Shown here: piece after piece, positions 24,892-33,491 of the stretch
Numbering within the stretch: position 1 is the first letter of the stretch
Layout: the number at the start of each line of letters is the position of its first letter
IMG/VR virus record: IMGVR_UViG_3300016667_000443
Coordinates: 1 to 38,470 of that record
DNA: 38,470 nt
DNA from: a virus
Lineage: Duplodnaviria; Caudoviricetes
Reading direction: 5' to 3' (one strand)
Position numbers and translations under genes: made by a program
The notes under the pieces: generated by a model
Told to the model about the DNA's origin: nothing
Databases searched by the model: none
The model's input: only the letters and a program-made list of their open reading frames with translations

Positions 24892-27443
24892 ACAAACAGA
24901 CTTTCCAAACTGCTTTCTTCCTTGATCTTCCAGTTAATCGTATCAAGAATGATTTTAAGCGGTTCGACAAAACTTTTTTCGAACTGGGAAGTATAGTCTA
25001 TGAACCGATGCAAATCAAGTTCTTTTGGTAAAGTATTAATGAACGAAATAACATCTTCACCAATTGGGTTTGGTTCCTTCAAGTAAAGGTACTTGATTTT
25101 CTCTCCGTCTTTGATCAATTCATATTTCTTCGTGAGTTTGTTGGTTTTCAAATAGTGATTATACAACAAAGCGCCACGAACATGGATCGGTGTAGACTTG
25201 CGGTAGATTTTGGAAGAATCTGCATATTCTTTCAATCCATTACAACCACGCGGGAACGCAACTACTTCGGGTGGTTGATTGTTGAAATTAGTTCTAAACT
25301 CCTCAACAAATTTACGGAGATCATGCTCCGTACCATTCATAATAATCTCAATTGCTTTTGTCAATCCCTCGCGCACAATTTGTGGAGTAGATGAGCGGGT
25401 AGTTTCGATACCCATGATTTTCATTTCGGGCTTGTCCAAAAGAACGTTGTCCTCGCCCATGTAGACATTCAACATATACCGCTTCTTTGCAGTCCAGATT
25501 CCCTTGTTTGAAATCGACTCTCGCTTCATGTGCATCTTTTGTGCATACGCATTCATTTGTGATGCAAGTTCGTTGTACTTGCTTTCGATGAATGGATCAA
25601 GGATCTCCTTGCATGCCTTGTCCAAGAACTTGACAATCTTCTTGTTGTCGCCATTTGGAATGGTCTTCTGAACAAGTCTATCCAAGCAGAGATAAACCGA
25701 ATCGGTATCTGCTGCAATTACAAAATCAACATCCTTGGTTCCAATCGTCTTATTCAAAAACTTGTTGAGTTCGCGTTCAATGTATTGAATCGACAATTGA
25801 CCAGAAATTGTGATTGCTTCTGCCAAGTCCAGATCGTAATAACGGAAATACTGATTACCGATAGCACCGAATGCGCTGTTCAACTGAATCTTACGAACCA
25901 ACTGAAAGTTGTGATACTTTGAGATGTCGTTCTTGAGTTGCTTGATCTTGGCAGCAGGAGCATCCTTTGGAAGATTCTTTAACTCTGCTTTGCATTCCAA
26001 CATCTTCTTCTTGTACATCTTGCGTTCTTCATACATGGTTTCCATGAGGTTGGGCAGGAATCCCTGCTTGTCCCTACGGAAAGTTACACCATTTGCTGCA
26101 AGACTTTCATTTCTGTGCTTTACATCATTCATCAACTGCACACAGTCAATAAATGTTGTAATTGGTTTGCCATCTTCACGATCAAAAATTGCTTGTGGAT
26201 TTAGACTACCGCGCTTACCATATGCAGTCTTGGTATCCGGTGAGATGTTGTATTGCATAATCAAGTGAGGATACAGAGAATCCAAGTCGAACGAAACAAT
26301 CCACTTGTGTTCGCCAACTTGGGGATTTTTGACATATGCACCCTCAAATTTGGTATCCTTCTCTTCGATTTCCTTTTGTGGAATTACGATCTTGTGCTGG
26401 TTGAGGTAATGGTAAATGATAGTATCCCAAGTTCGGACTTGGGAGAATACATCACGAAGATTTACCTTGGCAGTATATGCAAGTGCCAACGCAAGTTCTA
26501 GCAAACGCAGTTTTTCTTCCAGACGCAACACTAGTTGCACATCCTTGTGGTTATATGCCACAAATTTGTCAAAGTCTCCCTTGTAGAATGCTTGGATGTT
26601 GTCGAACCCCTCAAAGGATGCTTTGCGCTCACCCAACTCAACATGTGCAATATGATCTAGTTTGTAAGATTCGCGTGTTACGAATGTAAACTTACGATAC
26701 AAATCGAAGTAATCCATCGTAGAAATGCCGACGATTTCGTATACGGTATGCTCTTGCTGCTTTACCGTAACTACGCGAGTCTTCAATTGTCCCCACGGAG
26801 ACAAACGCTTTGCAGCACTCTCGTCCAACACATTCATCAAACGGTGGACAATGTATGGAATATCGAAGAACTGCACGTTCCAACCAGTGATGATATCAAA
26901 ATCCTTGTCTTGCCAGAACTGCAAGAACTGCTCCAACATCACATCTTCCTTTGTATAGGAATAAACATGGTGATTGGAGTCTACTGGAGTCGCTTTACCC
27001 AAACAGAATGTATAAGTTTGATCGTGCAGACGAATTGTAATTACATTGATTCGTTGATCTGCTTGTTCAATGTTTGGGAATCCGTTTTCACACTCAGTTT
27101 CAATATCCAAATAAGCGATACGAAGTTGATTATAATCGTATGCAACTTCGTTGGGATACTCCTCCCCGATAAACTGATAGACGAAATCGTTGTTTCCGTA
27201 GATCTCGAATCCCGATACATCCTTGTAATCATCAATGAACTTTCGAGTTTCATCAATGTTTCCAGGCTTAAAAGGTTCAACATACTTTCCCTCAAGTGTT
27301 GTCCATTCGGTTTTCTTATTTACCGCCGGAACAAACACGGTAGGATAAAACGGCTCTGCGCGATGAATGCGCTTGGAGCCGTCATATCCACGATATAAGA
27401 TTCGGTTTCCCCGAATCGCAACGTAAGTGTAAAATTTAGACAT
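24888..27443 (-). CDS. 43: T4 gp43-like family B DNA polymerase
   Basis: Exo DIETE, GWN..FFD, YN..DV; polymerase SFDLDSLYPH, KIQLNSAFG, ADTDS, KKRY; C-terminal clamp-binding SLESLF. Confidence 0.97.
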   Translation of the reverse strand: MSKFYTYVAIRGNRILYRGYDGSKRIHRAEPFYPTVFVPAVNKKTEWTTLEGKYVEPFKPGNIDETRKFIDDYKDVSGFEIYGNNDFVYQFIGEEYPNEVAYDYNQLRIAYLDIETECENGFPNIEQADQRINVITIRLHDQTYTFCLGKATPVDSNHHVYSYTKEDVMLEQFLQFWQDKDFDIITGWNVQFFDIPYIVHRLMNVLDESAAKRLSPWGQLKTRVVTVKQQEHTVYEIVGISTMDYFDLYRKFTFVTRESYKLDHIAHVELGERKASFEGFDNIQAFYKGDFDKFVAYNHKDVQLVLRLEEKLRLLELALALAYTAKVNLRDVFSQVRTWDTIIYHYLNQHKIVIPQKEIEEKDTKFEGAYVKNPQVGEHKWIVSFDLDSLYPHLIMQYNISPDTKTAYGKRGSLNPQAIFDREDGKPITTFIDCVQLMNDVKHRNESLAANGVTFRRDKQGFLPNLMETMYEERKMYKKKMLECKAELKNLPKDAPAAKIKQLKNDISKYHNFQLVRKIQLNSAFGAIGNQYFRYYDLDLAEAITISGQLSIQYIERELNKFLNKTIGTKDVDFVIAADTDSVYLCLDRLVQKTIPNGDNKKIVKFLDKACKEILDPFIESKYNELASQMNAYAQKMHMKRESISNKGIWTAKKRYMLNVYMGEDNVLLDKPEMKIMGIETTRSSTPQIVREGLTKAIEIIMNGTEHDLRKFVEEFRTNFNNQPPEVVAFPRGCNGLKEYADSSKIYRKSTPIHVRGALLYNHYLKTNKLTKKYELIKDGEKIKYLYLKEPNPIGEDVISFINTLPKELDLHRFIDYTSQFEKSFVEPLKIILDTINWKIKEESSLESLFV

Positions 27444-27446
27444 TAA

Positions 27447-27851
27447 TTATAGTTTTTCGATCTTGATTGAGTGACCGGGTTGTTCTACCAAGAACATGGG
27501 CTTTCCCTGTTCACGCTTCATCTGCTTTTCCTGCATATAGCAGTAGAATAGCACAGAATAGTTAATCATGTCAAGAATTGTATCCAAAAGTTTCTCATCA
27601 GAAACAGCGAAAGTGCCAGACTCGGTGAACGAAGAAAGACGACTCATCTTGTCCGTCATGCGAACAAGCATTCCCTTCTCAGTTGTGGTCACACCCATTG
27701 CTTCTGTCCGAGTAAAGTTTGCAAATGGCTCTTCTCCACCTTTACCGGCATAATCATGATTCTTTTTCTTCATCAATTCCAAGGCTTCCTTGCAAAGACT
27801 TTCATGGAAACCAAGTAACTCTTCTCTTGTCATCTTGTATGGTTGATTCAT
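27447..27851 (-). CDS. Nucleotide-modification-associated domain 1 (Nmad1/DUF1599)-like protein
   Basis: KKNHDYA...ANF...RMTDKMSRL...DTILDMINYS motif; ATG 27851 overlaps the dUTPase stop. Confidence 0.7.
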   Translation of the reverse strand: MNQPYKMTREELLGFHESLCKEALELMKKKNHDYAGKGGEEPFANFTRTEAMGVTTTEKGMLVRMTDKMSRLSSFTESGTFAVSDEKLLDTILDMINYSVLFYCYMQEKQMKREQGKPMFLVEQPGHSIKIEKL

Positions 27852-28282
27852 GCGCGTATTCCCGTCGATCCAAACCCACCAACGCGGTCGGTTTTTTGCG
27901 TTGGTGCAGTATAACACTCTTCAATAGTATAGTCAAGAGATTTCACCAATTCTCCTTGAGCAATACGATCACCATGATGAATTACAAAATCTACATTACT
28001 TGTATTGTGTAATATAATTTTTAATTCATCTGTGTAATCCGAATCAATAATTCCTTCAGCATTTAATAAAGTAATTCCCTTTTTATATGCCAATCCAGAT
28101 CGGGGATGCACACGAACAGAATAACCTTCAGGAATATCTAAAATAATTCCTGTTGGAATTGCTGCTGAAAGTTTGGCAGGAACAAAGTGTTCTCCATATG
28201 CAGAAATATCAAAACAAGCAGATTGTTGTGTGGCAAATTTAGGAAGAACGGCGTTTTCACTAATACGATAAATCTTAAGCAT
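27848..28282 (-). CDS. dut: dUTPase (trimeric)
   Basis: SACFD, PRSGL, GIIDSDY, GDRIAQ, RVGGFGSTG; start ATG 28282. Confidence 0.93.
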   Translation of the reverse strand: MLKIYRISENAVLPKFATQQSACFDISAYGEHFVPAKLSAAIPTGIILDIPEGYSVRVHPRSGLAYKKGITLLNAEGIIDSDYTDELKIILHNTSNVDFVIHHGDRIAQGELVKSLDYTIEECYTAPTQKTDRVGGFGSTGIRA

Positions 28283-28301
28283 AATATAAAATCCTATTGT
28301 A

Positions 28302-28475
28302 TTAAACTGATTGAGTAAATCTTGGTGTTCCGGTTGCTTCATATGAAGCACCAATATCACACCATTCATTATCTTCCAATTGAACTATAGTTTTATCAAC
28401 AAATAAATCACCAAGACCATCCCAAATTACAATATTTTCAACAAAATTATTTGAATCAATTAAAGCCCATCTCAT
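28302..28475 (-). CDS. Small fibre-associated hypothetical protein (57 aa, not in ORF track)
   Basis: Manually translated MRWALIDSNNFVENIVIWDG...CDIGASY...; A.I....V.N.IV pattern often follows Gly-rich phage proteins; SD AAGGA. Confidence 0.6.
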   Translation of the reverse strand: MRWALIDSNNFVENIVIWDGLGDLFVDKTIVQLEDNEWCDIGASYEATGTPRFTQSV

Positions 28476-28491
28476 ATAAAAATCCTTTCAA

Positions 28492-29418
28492 TTATTTATA
28501 ACAAAAAATTGCAACATAACCGTTCCCACCAGCACCACCGGCACCGGCTGCTAACCCACCAGAAGATCCACCGCCACCACCACCGCCACCTCCACGATAA
28601 CCTCTCCCACCATTCGTTGCTGCTACCGTACCACCACCTCCACCACCGGCGCCACCCATTCCTCCATAGTATGGAAACACATCTTCGTATGCATCAACAG
28701 GATCTTGTACATTGTTTGATCTGTTTCCGGCTATTATAGTAGAACCTAAAGCTCTTTTTCCGTTGTTTAAAAATATTGTGTTTCCTGAAGTTGGAGCAAC
28801 GACGGATGCACCCGGTGAAGTGGTTGTTGTTCCCGAAGCCACCCCCCCACCACCTCCACCACCCTTAGTCCAATAATACAACAAAGTTATGTTTGTGGGA
28901 GTGCCAGTAGCACCAGCACTTCCGTTATTTCCTTGTATTGATATACTACCGTGATGCATGGACCCTCTACCTATCCCCGATGCACCCGACGCCGCAGATC
29001 CTCCTCCGCCTGCTCCACCGCCTGGGGCGTATAGCAAAACATTACGATATCCATATGGTGCAACAGTTGTCCCGCCACCGGCGCCGCCGCCGCTGCCGTT
29101 TGAACCATCCGCGGCACCGGCACCACCACTGGTGCCACCAGCACCGATCACAATATTTAAAACAGATCCATAAATTTGTTCTCTCAAAAATGTATGAGTT
29201 ATAAAACAACCAGAACCACCACCACCGCCACCCGCGGAGGCATTTGTGGTTCCTACTCTTCGTCTTCCACCACCCCCACCACCCCCACCACCAATTACGT
29301 GGATTGTAATTAATTTTGTAGCATTAGGAATGCTGTAACTTCCACTAACATCAAATTCCTTGATGTCGATTAAATTTGGATCTAAAATATTTGGAAAATT
29401 ATAAAAACCTTGATTCAT
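28492..29418 (-). CDS. Glycine-rich virion/fibre-associated protein (paralog 3)
   Basis: MNQGF...EFD.SG...IP...IGGGGGG...IGAGG...GYRGGGGGGGG...GGNGY architecture. Confidence 0.75.
   Translation of the reverse strand: MNQGFYNFPNILDPNLIDIKEFDVSGSYSIPNATKLITIHVIGGGGGGGGGRRRVGTTNASAGGGGGGSGCFITHTFLREQIYGSVLNIVIGAGGTSGGAGAADGSNGSGGGAGGGTTVAPYGYRNVLLYAPGGGAGGGGSAASGASGIGRGSMHHGSISIQGNNGSAGATGTPTNITLLYYWTKGGGGGGGVASGTTTTSPGASVVAPTSGNTIFLNNGKRALGSTIIAGNRSNNVQDPVDAYEDVFPYYGGMGGAGGGGGGTVAATNGGRGYRGGGGGGGGGSSGGLAAGAGGAGGNGYVAIFCYK
28493..28500 (-). promoter_or_regulatory. T4-type late promoter (TATAAATA)
   Basis: Exact consensus on the minus strand overlapping the last codons of ORF 28492, upstream of the 57-aa gene. 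Confidence 0.5.
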
Positions 29419-29424
29419 TGTTGT

Positions 29425-30390
29425 TCACCCATACGCAATTAAAACACAATATCCATTACCACCAGCACCACTTGCACCACCATTAAATCCGTTTAGTGCG
29501 GCGCCGCCACCACCTCCACCACCTCCACGATAACCATCTCGACCAGGACCAGCATTTGACGATGCACCGCCACCGCCACCAACACCACCAAGTCCGGGAG
29601 AATATTGTCCCGCTATAGTATATCCAAAAGAAGAGTCTCCTGCTGTGCCTGTGTTTGGTTGTCCTGGCTGGCGAGCATTGTTTCCGCTTGAGTACCTTGG
29701 ACTGTATTGTGCAGTAAAAGCACCTCCTGCGGTAATTGCACCACCTGTCGCAGCGGTATTGGAAGAATTCAATCCACCACCGCCACATCCTCCATTTGAT
29801 TGCCAATTCCATAATCCGGTTGTTCCGTTAGGTAAACTAGTTGCGCCTGGTCCTTGTGGAAAATTTGTAGCAGAACCGTTCCCTCCACCACCTCCCAGTG
29901 GAGCAAGATCACCAAAACACCAACTAGTCAAACCAGCGCCACCAGTACCACCCAGAGAATTGTTACCCGCACCACCTCCGTTACCATACCCTGCATATAT
30001 CAGTATTCCAGGCAAACCATTTACACCAATTGATGATCCACCACCCGATAAACCCAGAGTACCCGCCGTATCATTCACAGTAGCACCAGCAACAGAAGAA
30101 CCACCAGCACCAATTACAACATTTAATACTGTTCCGGGTGGTCCAAAAAGATGTATTGGAAAATCATCAACAAATATTCTTCCACCACCACCTCCACCAC
30201 CACCTACATTTGTACTTCCCGATGCATATCTTCCCCCACTTCCACCACTAGCACCTCCGCCAATTAAAAGAACATACATTCTTTTTGCAAATGAAGGTAT
30301 TACGAAAGTTCCACTAACATCAAATTCTTGTGCTTTGATATTAGTTGAATCATTTATGACACCAATAAATCCTAAAAATCCTTGATTCAT
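29425..30390 (-). CDS. Glycine-rich virion/fibre-associated protein (paralog 2)
   Basis: Same architecture; start MNQGFLGF at 30390 by comparison with paralogs. Confidence 0.75.
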   Translation of the reverse strand: MNQGFLGFIGVINDSTNIKAQEFDVSGTFVIPSFAKRMYVLLIGGGASGGSGGRYASGSTNVGGGGGGGGRIFVDDFPIHLFGPPGTVLNVVIGAGGSSVAGATVNDTAGTLGLSGGGSSIGVNGLPGILIYAGYGNGGGAGNNSLGGTGGAGLTSWCFGDLAPLGGGGGNGSATNFPQGPGATSLPNGTTGLWNWQSNGGCGGGGLNSSNTAATGGAITAGGAFTAQYSPRYSSGNNARQPGQPNTGTAGDSSFGYTIAGQYSPGLGGVGGGGGASSNAGPGRDGYRGGGGGGGGAALNGFNGGASGAGGNGYCVLIAYG

Positions 30391-30391
30391 A

Positions 30392-31384
30392 TTACATCCC
30401 CAAAGCAATTATTACGCAATATCCGTCGCCTCCGGTTCCACCGGCACCAGAAGCAAATCCGTTTCGAGATCCACCTCCGCCACCGCCGCCACCTCCACGA
30501 TAACCATTTGTGCCATTGTTTGCTGCGGTTGTTGTACTCGCCCCACCGCCGGCACCACCCAATCCCGGTGCATATTTCATGTTACCCACGGTCGCTGGAA
30601 TAAATAATTGACTAGTCGCAGTGCCACTCGATCCACCGGCTTTGATTGTACTGCCTGTAGCAATATTCGGATCAAAAATTACGGGAGCAGTGCTCAAAGC
30701 CGAAGATAAAATAGTTCCTCCAGATCCTGCACTATTTGCGGTTGTTATACCAGCGCCGCCGGCGCCACCTGTGCTTAAATAAGTGGAAACTGTATAGTTG
30801 GATGGAGTGGTGTTTGATCCGGGAAATCCGGTAGTGAGATATGTTGTGTTTCTTGGCATACCATTTTGCAATCTTTGTTGTCCTGTACCGGCTGTACCAG
30901 ATGTGGTGGTTCCACCACCACCAGCACCACCACCAGAAGAATACATCATAAATCCTGGAGTTCCATTCAAAGTAACAGTTGATGCTCCACCCGCTGTTCC
31001 ACCAGAACCGTTTGATGTATCGGAACTTGCCGATGTGCCACCGGCGCCGCCTGCTCCTATTGCAATCGTCAAAATTCTAGACGCGGAACCGGGAGTAAAT
31101 CCTGCATTTGCGGCTGCGTTGCTTTCGAGTGTTGCACCAATTGCGTTTACAAGATAATAACCAGTGTTTTGGTTTCCACCAGCACCACCCCCACCACCAA
31201 AAGTCGCAATACCCGCGCCCTGGCGAGCGCCGCTTCCACCACCGCCGCCTCCACCAATCAACATGATCCAAAGGCGTTTTGCGCCATTTGGTATTTCGTA
31301 GGTTCCACTTGAATCGAATTCTTTGACTTCTATTACTGAGGAACCATATGTTGAAAATGGAAATCCATAAAAACCATTATTCAT
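30392..31384 (-). CDS. Glycine-rich virion/fibre-associated protein (paralog 1)
   Basis: Same architecture, MNNGFYGF start. Confidence 0.75.
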   Translation of the reverse strand: MNNGFYGFPFSTYGSSVIEVKEFDSSGTYEIPNGAKRLWIMLIGGGGGGGSGARQGAGIATFGGGGGAGGNQNTGYYLVNAIGATLESNAAANAGFTPGSASRILTIAIGAGGAGGTSASSDTSNGSGGTAGGASTVTLNGTPGFMMYSSGGGAGGGGTTTSGTAGTGQQRLQNGMPRNTTYLTTGFPGSNTTPSNYTVSTYLSTGGAGGAGITTANSAGSGGTILSSALSTAPVIFDPNIATGSTIKAGGSSGTATSQLFIPATVGNMKYAPGLGGAGGGASTTTAANNGTNGYRGGGGGGGGGSRNGFASGAGGTGGDGYCVIIALGM

Positions 31385-31794
31385 AGAGTACCAGATTCAA
31401 CCAAAATATTAAAAGTTTCGGAGTTGTTTGTGGTTGCGTAGATTTTATTTGCTGTTCCGCCAGGAATGATCAATCCAACCAATTCAGCAACTTCTGTTCT
31501 CCATGCCGCGACGGATGTGCTCGGTGTCACCGCTGGTACGATCTTTTCGCAAATCAGTCTTTTGTTTGTACCGGAGTCAGTTGAGAAAAAGAATCTAATT
31601 ACACCAGCAGTAGTTGTTGCCGTTGCTTGTACAGTAACTCTGAAAATTCTTTTTCCAACTCCATTACCAGCAGCGGTATTCGGTCCTGCTGTAATTTCTG
31701 TGCTGTTTGTTGGTGCGGTTCTTGAAGTGTCCGCTGTAGTCACTTGCGAAACTTCTAGAATTGGTGCTGCTGTATATTGTGCATTTGTTGCCAT
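31381..31794 (-). CDS. Hypothetical beta-rich virion-associated protein
   Basis: 137 aa, Thr/Ala-rich, SD GGAG, coupled to the Gly-rich genes. Confidence 0.6.
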   Translation of the reverse strand: MATNAQYTAAPILEVSQVTTADTSRTAPTNSTEITAGPNTAAGNGVGKRIFRVTVQATATTTAGVIRFFFSTDSGTNKRLICEKIVPAVTPSTSVAAWRTEVAELVGLIIPGGTANKIYATTNNSETFNILVESGTL

Positions 31795-31813
31795 AATTAT
31801 TTCTCCGTGTGTA

Positions 31814-33043
31814 TTATACTATACCCATATTAAAAAGCAAGTAGTCTGGGGTTTTTGTTACTTGTTCTGAATTGTCACTGAATTTTATCATAGAATTTGA
31901 TGACGCCAACCAAAGTTGATAAGCACCAACTGTAAAAATTCCTGTATTATCATTGAATTCCATTGAATATCCATTGCTATTGCCAAGCAAATCTCCTGCT
32001 TTAAAAACAGGAGTATCACATGCTATATAACCAACGGTATAATCAAAAGCAGCATAACCATAAATATCAATTTCACCACCGCCATCTTGGTTGTCTATTG
32101 CCATGACAACAGGAAAACTTGCAGGATCGTCTGCTGTTACAGTTATGCCCTTTCTGCCACCTTTCGCATTTCCCATACTAATGCTATCAAGAGATGCTAC
32201 AGAACTGTACATATAAAGACTAGGACCAACTATAGTCGTGGTTCCATATGCGGTAATATTAGATGTACCAAATATAGAACCAATTGATATATTGGTAGTT
32301 GAGCTTCCCGCTCCAGATGTTCCTATGTTTATTGTTTTTGTATTTGACGCACCAACCGCATTTGTAGCAATATTTAGAGTAGTTGATGCTGTACCAGTAG
32401 CATACAAATTAAATGTAGAGGCACTGCAAGTCAAGTCGCCTCCATTTATTGCAAGATCTCCGGCAATCGTAAGTGAGTCGGTTGTTTTGTTGTATGTTAA
32501 TCCAGAATCGCCGCCAAAAGTAGAACCACCATCATTGAATTGTACTTGTGTGTCAGAACCACCGGGAGTGCCGCCGCCTCCGCCGCCAACCAAATTTGTA
32601 CCAACAGACGAACCACCAGTCGTCAGATCTATGTAATATCCTCTGCTCGTTCCGCCTTTTTCATAAATCCTTAAGCGATTTTGATATACGTCTATTGCAA
32701 CACCAGTATTTAAAGTTGTATTTGTTGCTGGTAATCCAAAATCAATCTGACCACCCTCGTCACCACCTACTGTTTTTGCTTCCAATCCCGTGGTTGACAA
32801 CGAACCGACCGTCAGTGTATCGGTTGTTTTGTTGTAGGTCATTCCAGCATCACCACCCAACACACCGGAATCATTGAATTGAACTTGAGTGTCAGAGCCG
32901 CCGGGTGCAGAACCAATAAGATTACCGCCGCCGCTAGCATTACCAATGTATATTCTTTTATTGGTAGTATCTACCACCAACTCGTTCTCAGTTAAACCAG
33001 TAGTTGGTGCGCCGCTTCCTCTTTTTGGTAGAATTTTTGCCAT
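31814..33043 (-). CDS. Tail fibre-like protein with Mtd-N-like N-terminal domain
   Basis: KILPKRG...L.ENEL.VDT..KRIYIG N-domain; two GGSDTQVQFND...TYNKTTD.LT repeats. Confidence 0.7.
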   Translation of the reverse strand: MAKILPKRGSGAPTTGLTENELVVDTTNKRIYIGNASGGGNLIGSAPGGSDTQVQFNDSGVLGGDAGMTYNKTTDTLTVGSLSTTGLEAKTVGGDEGGQIDFGLPATNTTLNTGVAIDVYQNRLRIYEKGGTSRGYYIDLTTGGSSVGTNLVGGGGGGTPGGSDTQVQFNDGGSTFGGDSGLTYNKTTDSLTIAGDLAINGGDLTCSASTFNLYATGTASTTLNIATNAVGASNTKTINIGTSGAGSSTTNISIGSIFGTSNITAYGTTTIVGPSLYMYSSVASLDSISMGNAKGGRKGITVTADDPASFPVVMAIDNQDGGGEIDIYGYAAFDYTVGYIACDTPVFKAGDLLGNSNGYSMEFNDNTGIFTVGAYQLWLASSNSMIKFSDNSEQVTKTPDYLLFNMGIV

Positions 33044-33067
33044 ACATTAATCTCCGAGTCGTAATAC

Positions 33068-33075
33068 TATTTAGT
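33068..33075 (-). promoter_or_regulatory. Late promoter variant (ACTAAATA)
   Basis: TAAATA core at a gene junction upstream of SD GGAG and ATG 33043. Confidence 0.4.
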
Positions 33076-33472
33076 AGGTTTCACCATCAAGAGAAATTTC
33101 CGGTTCTTCTTGTTTCTTTTTCTTTTCTTTATTCTTTTCTACAAGTAACTTTGTTTTTTCTTCAATTAATTTATTGAGTCTTTGAATTTCTGTATTCAGT
33201 CCATGAATTCTTTTTTCATAAGATTCATTGGTAATAGTTGTTTCTTTATATTGTTGTATTTTATTATTTAAATCTAATATCACAGAATCCTTTGCTGCAA
33301 CTTCTTGCACAAGGGTTTGCTGTGTTTTTGTTAATTTATCTGCGATGTCTTTGTTTTTTGCTTGTTCTACTACCAGATTTGCCTCAAGAATTAAATTATT
33401 GTTTACTGCTTCTTGAAACTTTCTTTGCAAAAACGGTATGACAACTGTTTCATTGTAATTCACTTCATTCAT
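33071..33472 (-). CDS. Coiled-coil hypothetical protein
   Basis: Heptad-rich 133 aa; ends LDGETY. Confidence 0.65.
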   Translation of the reverse strand: MNEVNYNETVVIPFLQRKFQEAVNNNLILEANLVVEQAKNKDIADKLTKTQQTLVQEVAAKDSVILDLNNKIQQYKETTITNESYEKRIHGLNTEIQRLNKLIEEKTKLLVEKNKEKKKKQEEPEISLDGETY

Positions 33473-33491
33473 GATTTAATTCCTTCAATTA

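Noticed and set aside
27877-27906. Perfect 9-bp inverted repeat (caccaacgc / gcgttggtg) near the dUTPase 3' end
   Set aside because: It lies in conserved coding sequence, lacks a following U tract on the coding strand, and is too far from gene 43 to be its translational operator.
28509-31271. Poly-Pro, His/Arg-rich and Trp/Arg-rich ORFs over the Gly-rich genes
   Set aside because: Frame and antisense artefacts of GGN runs.
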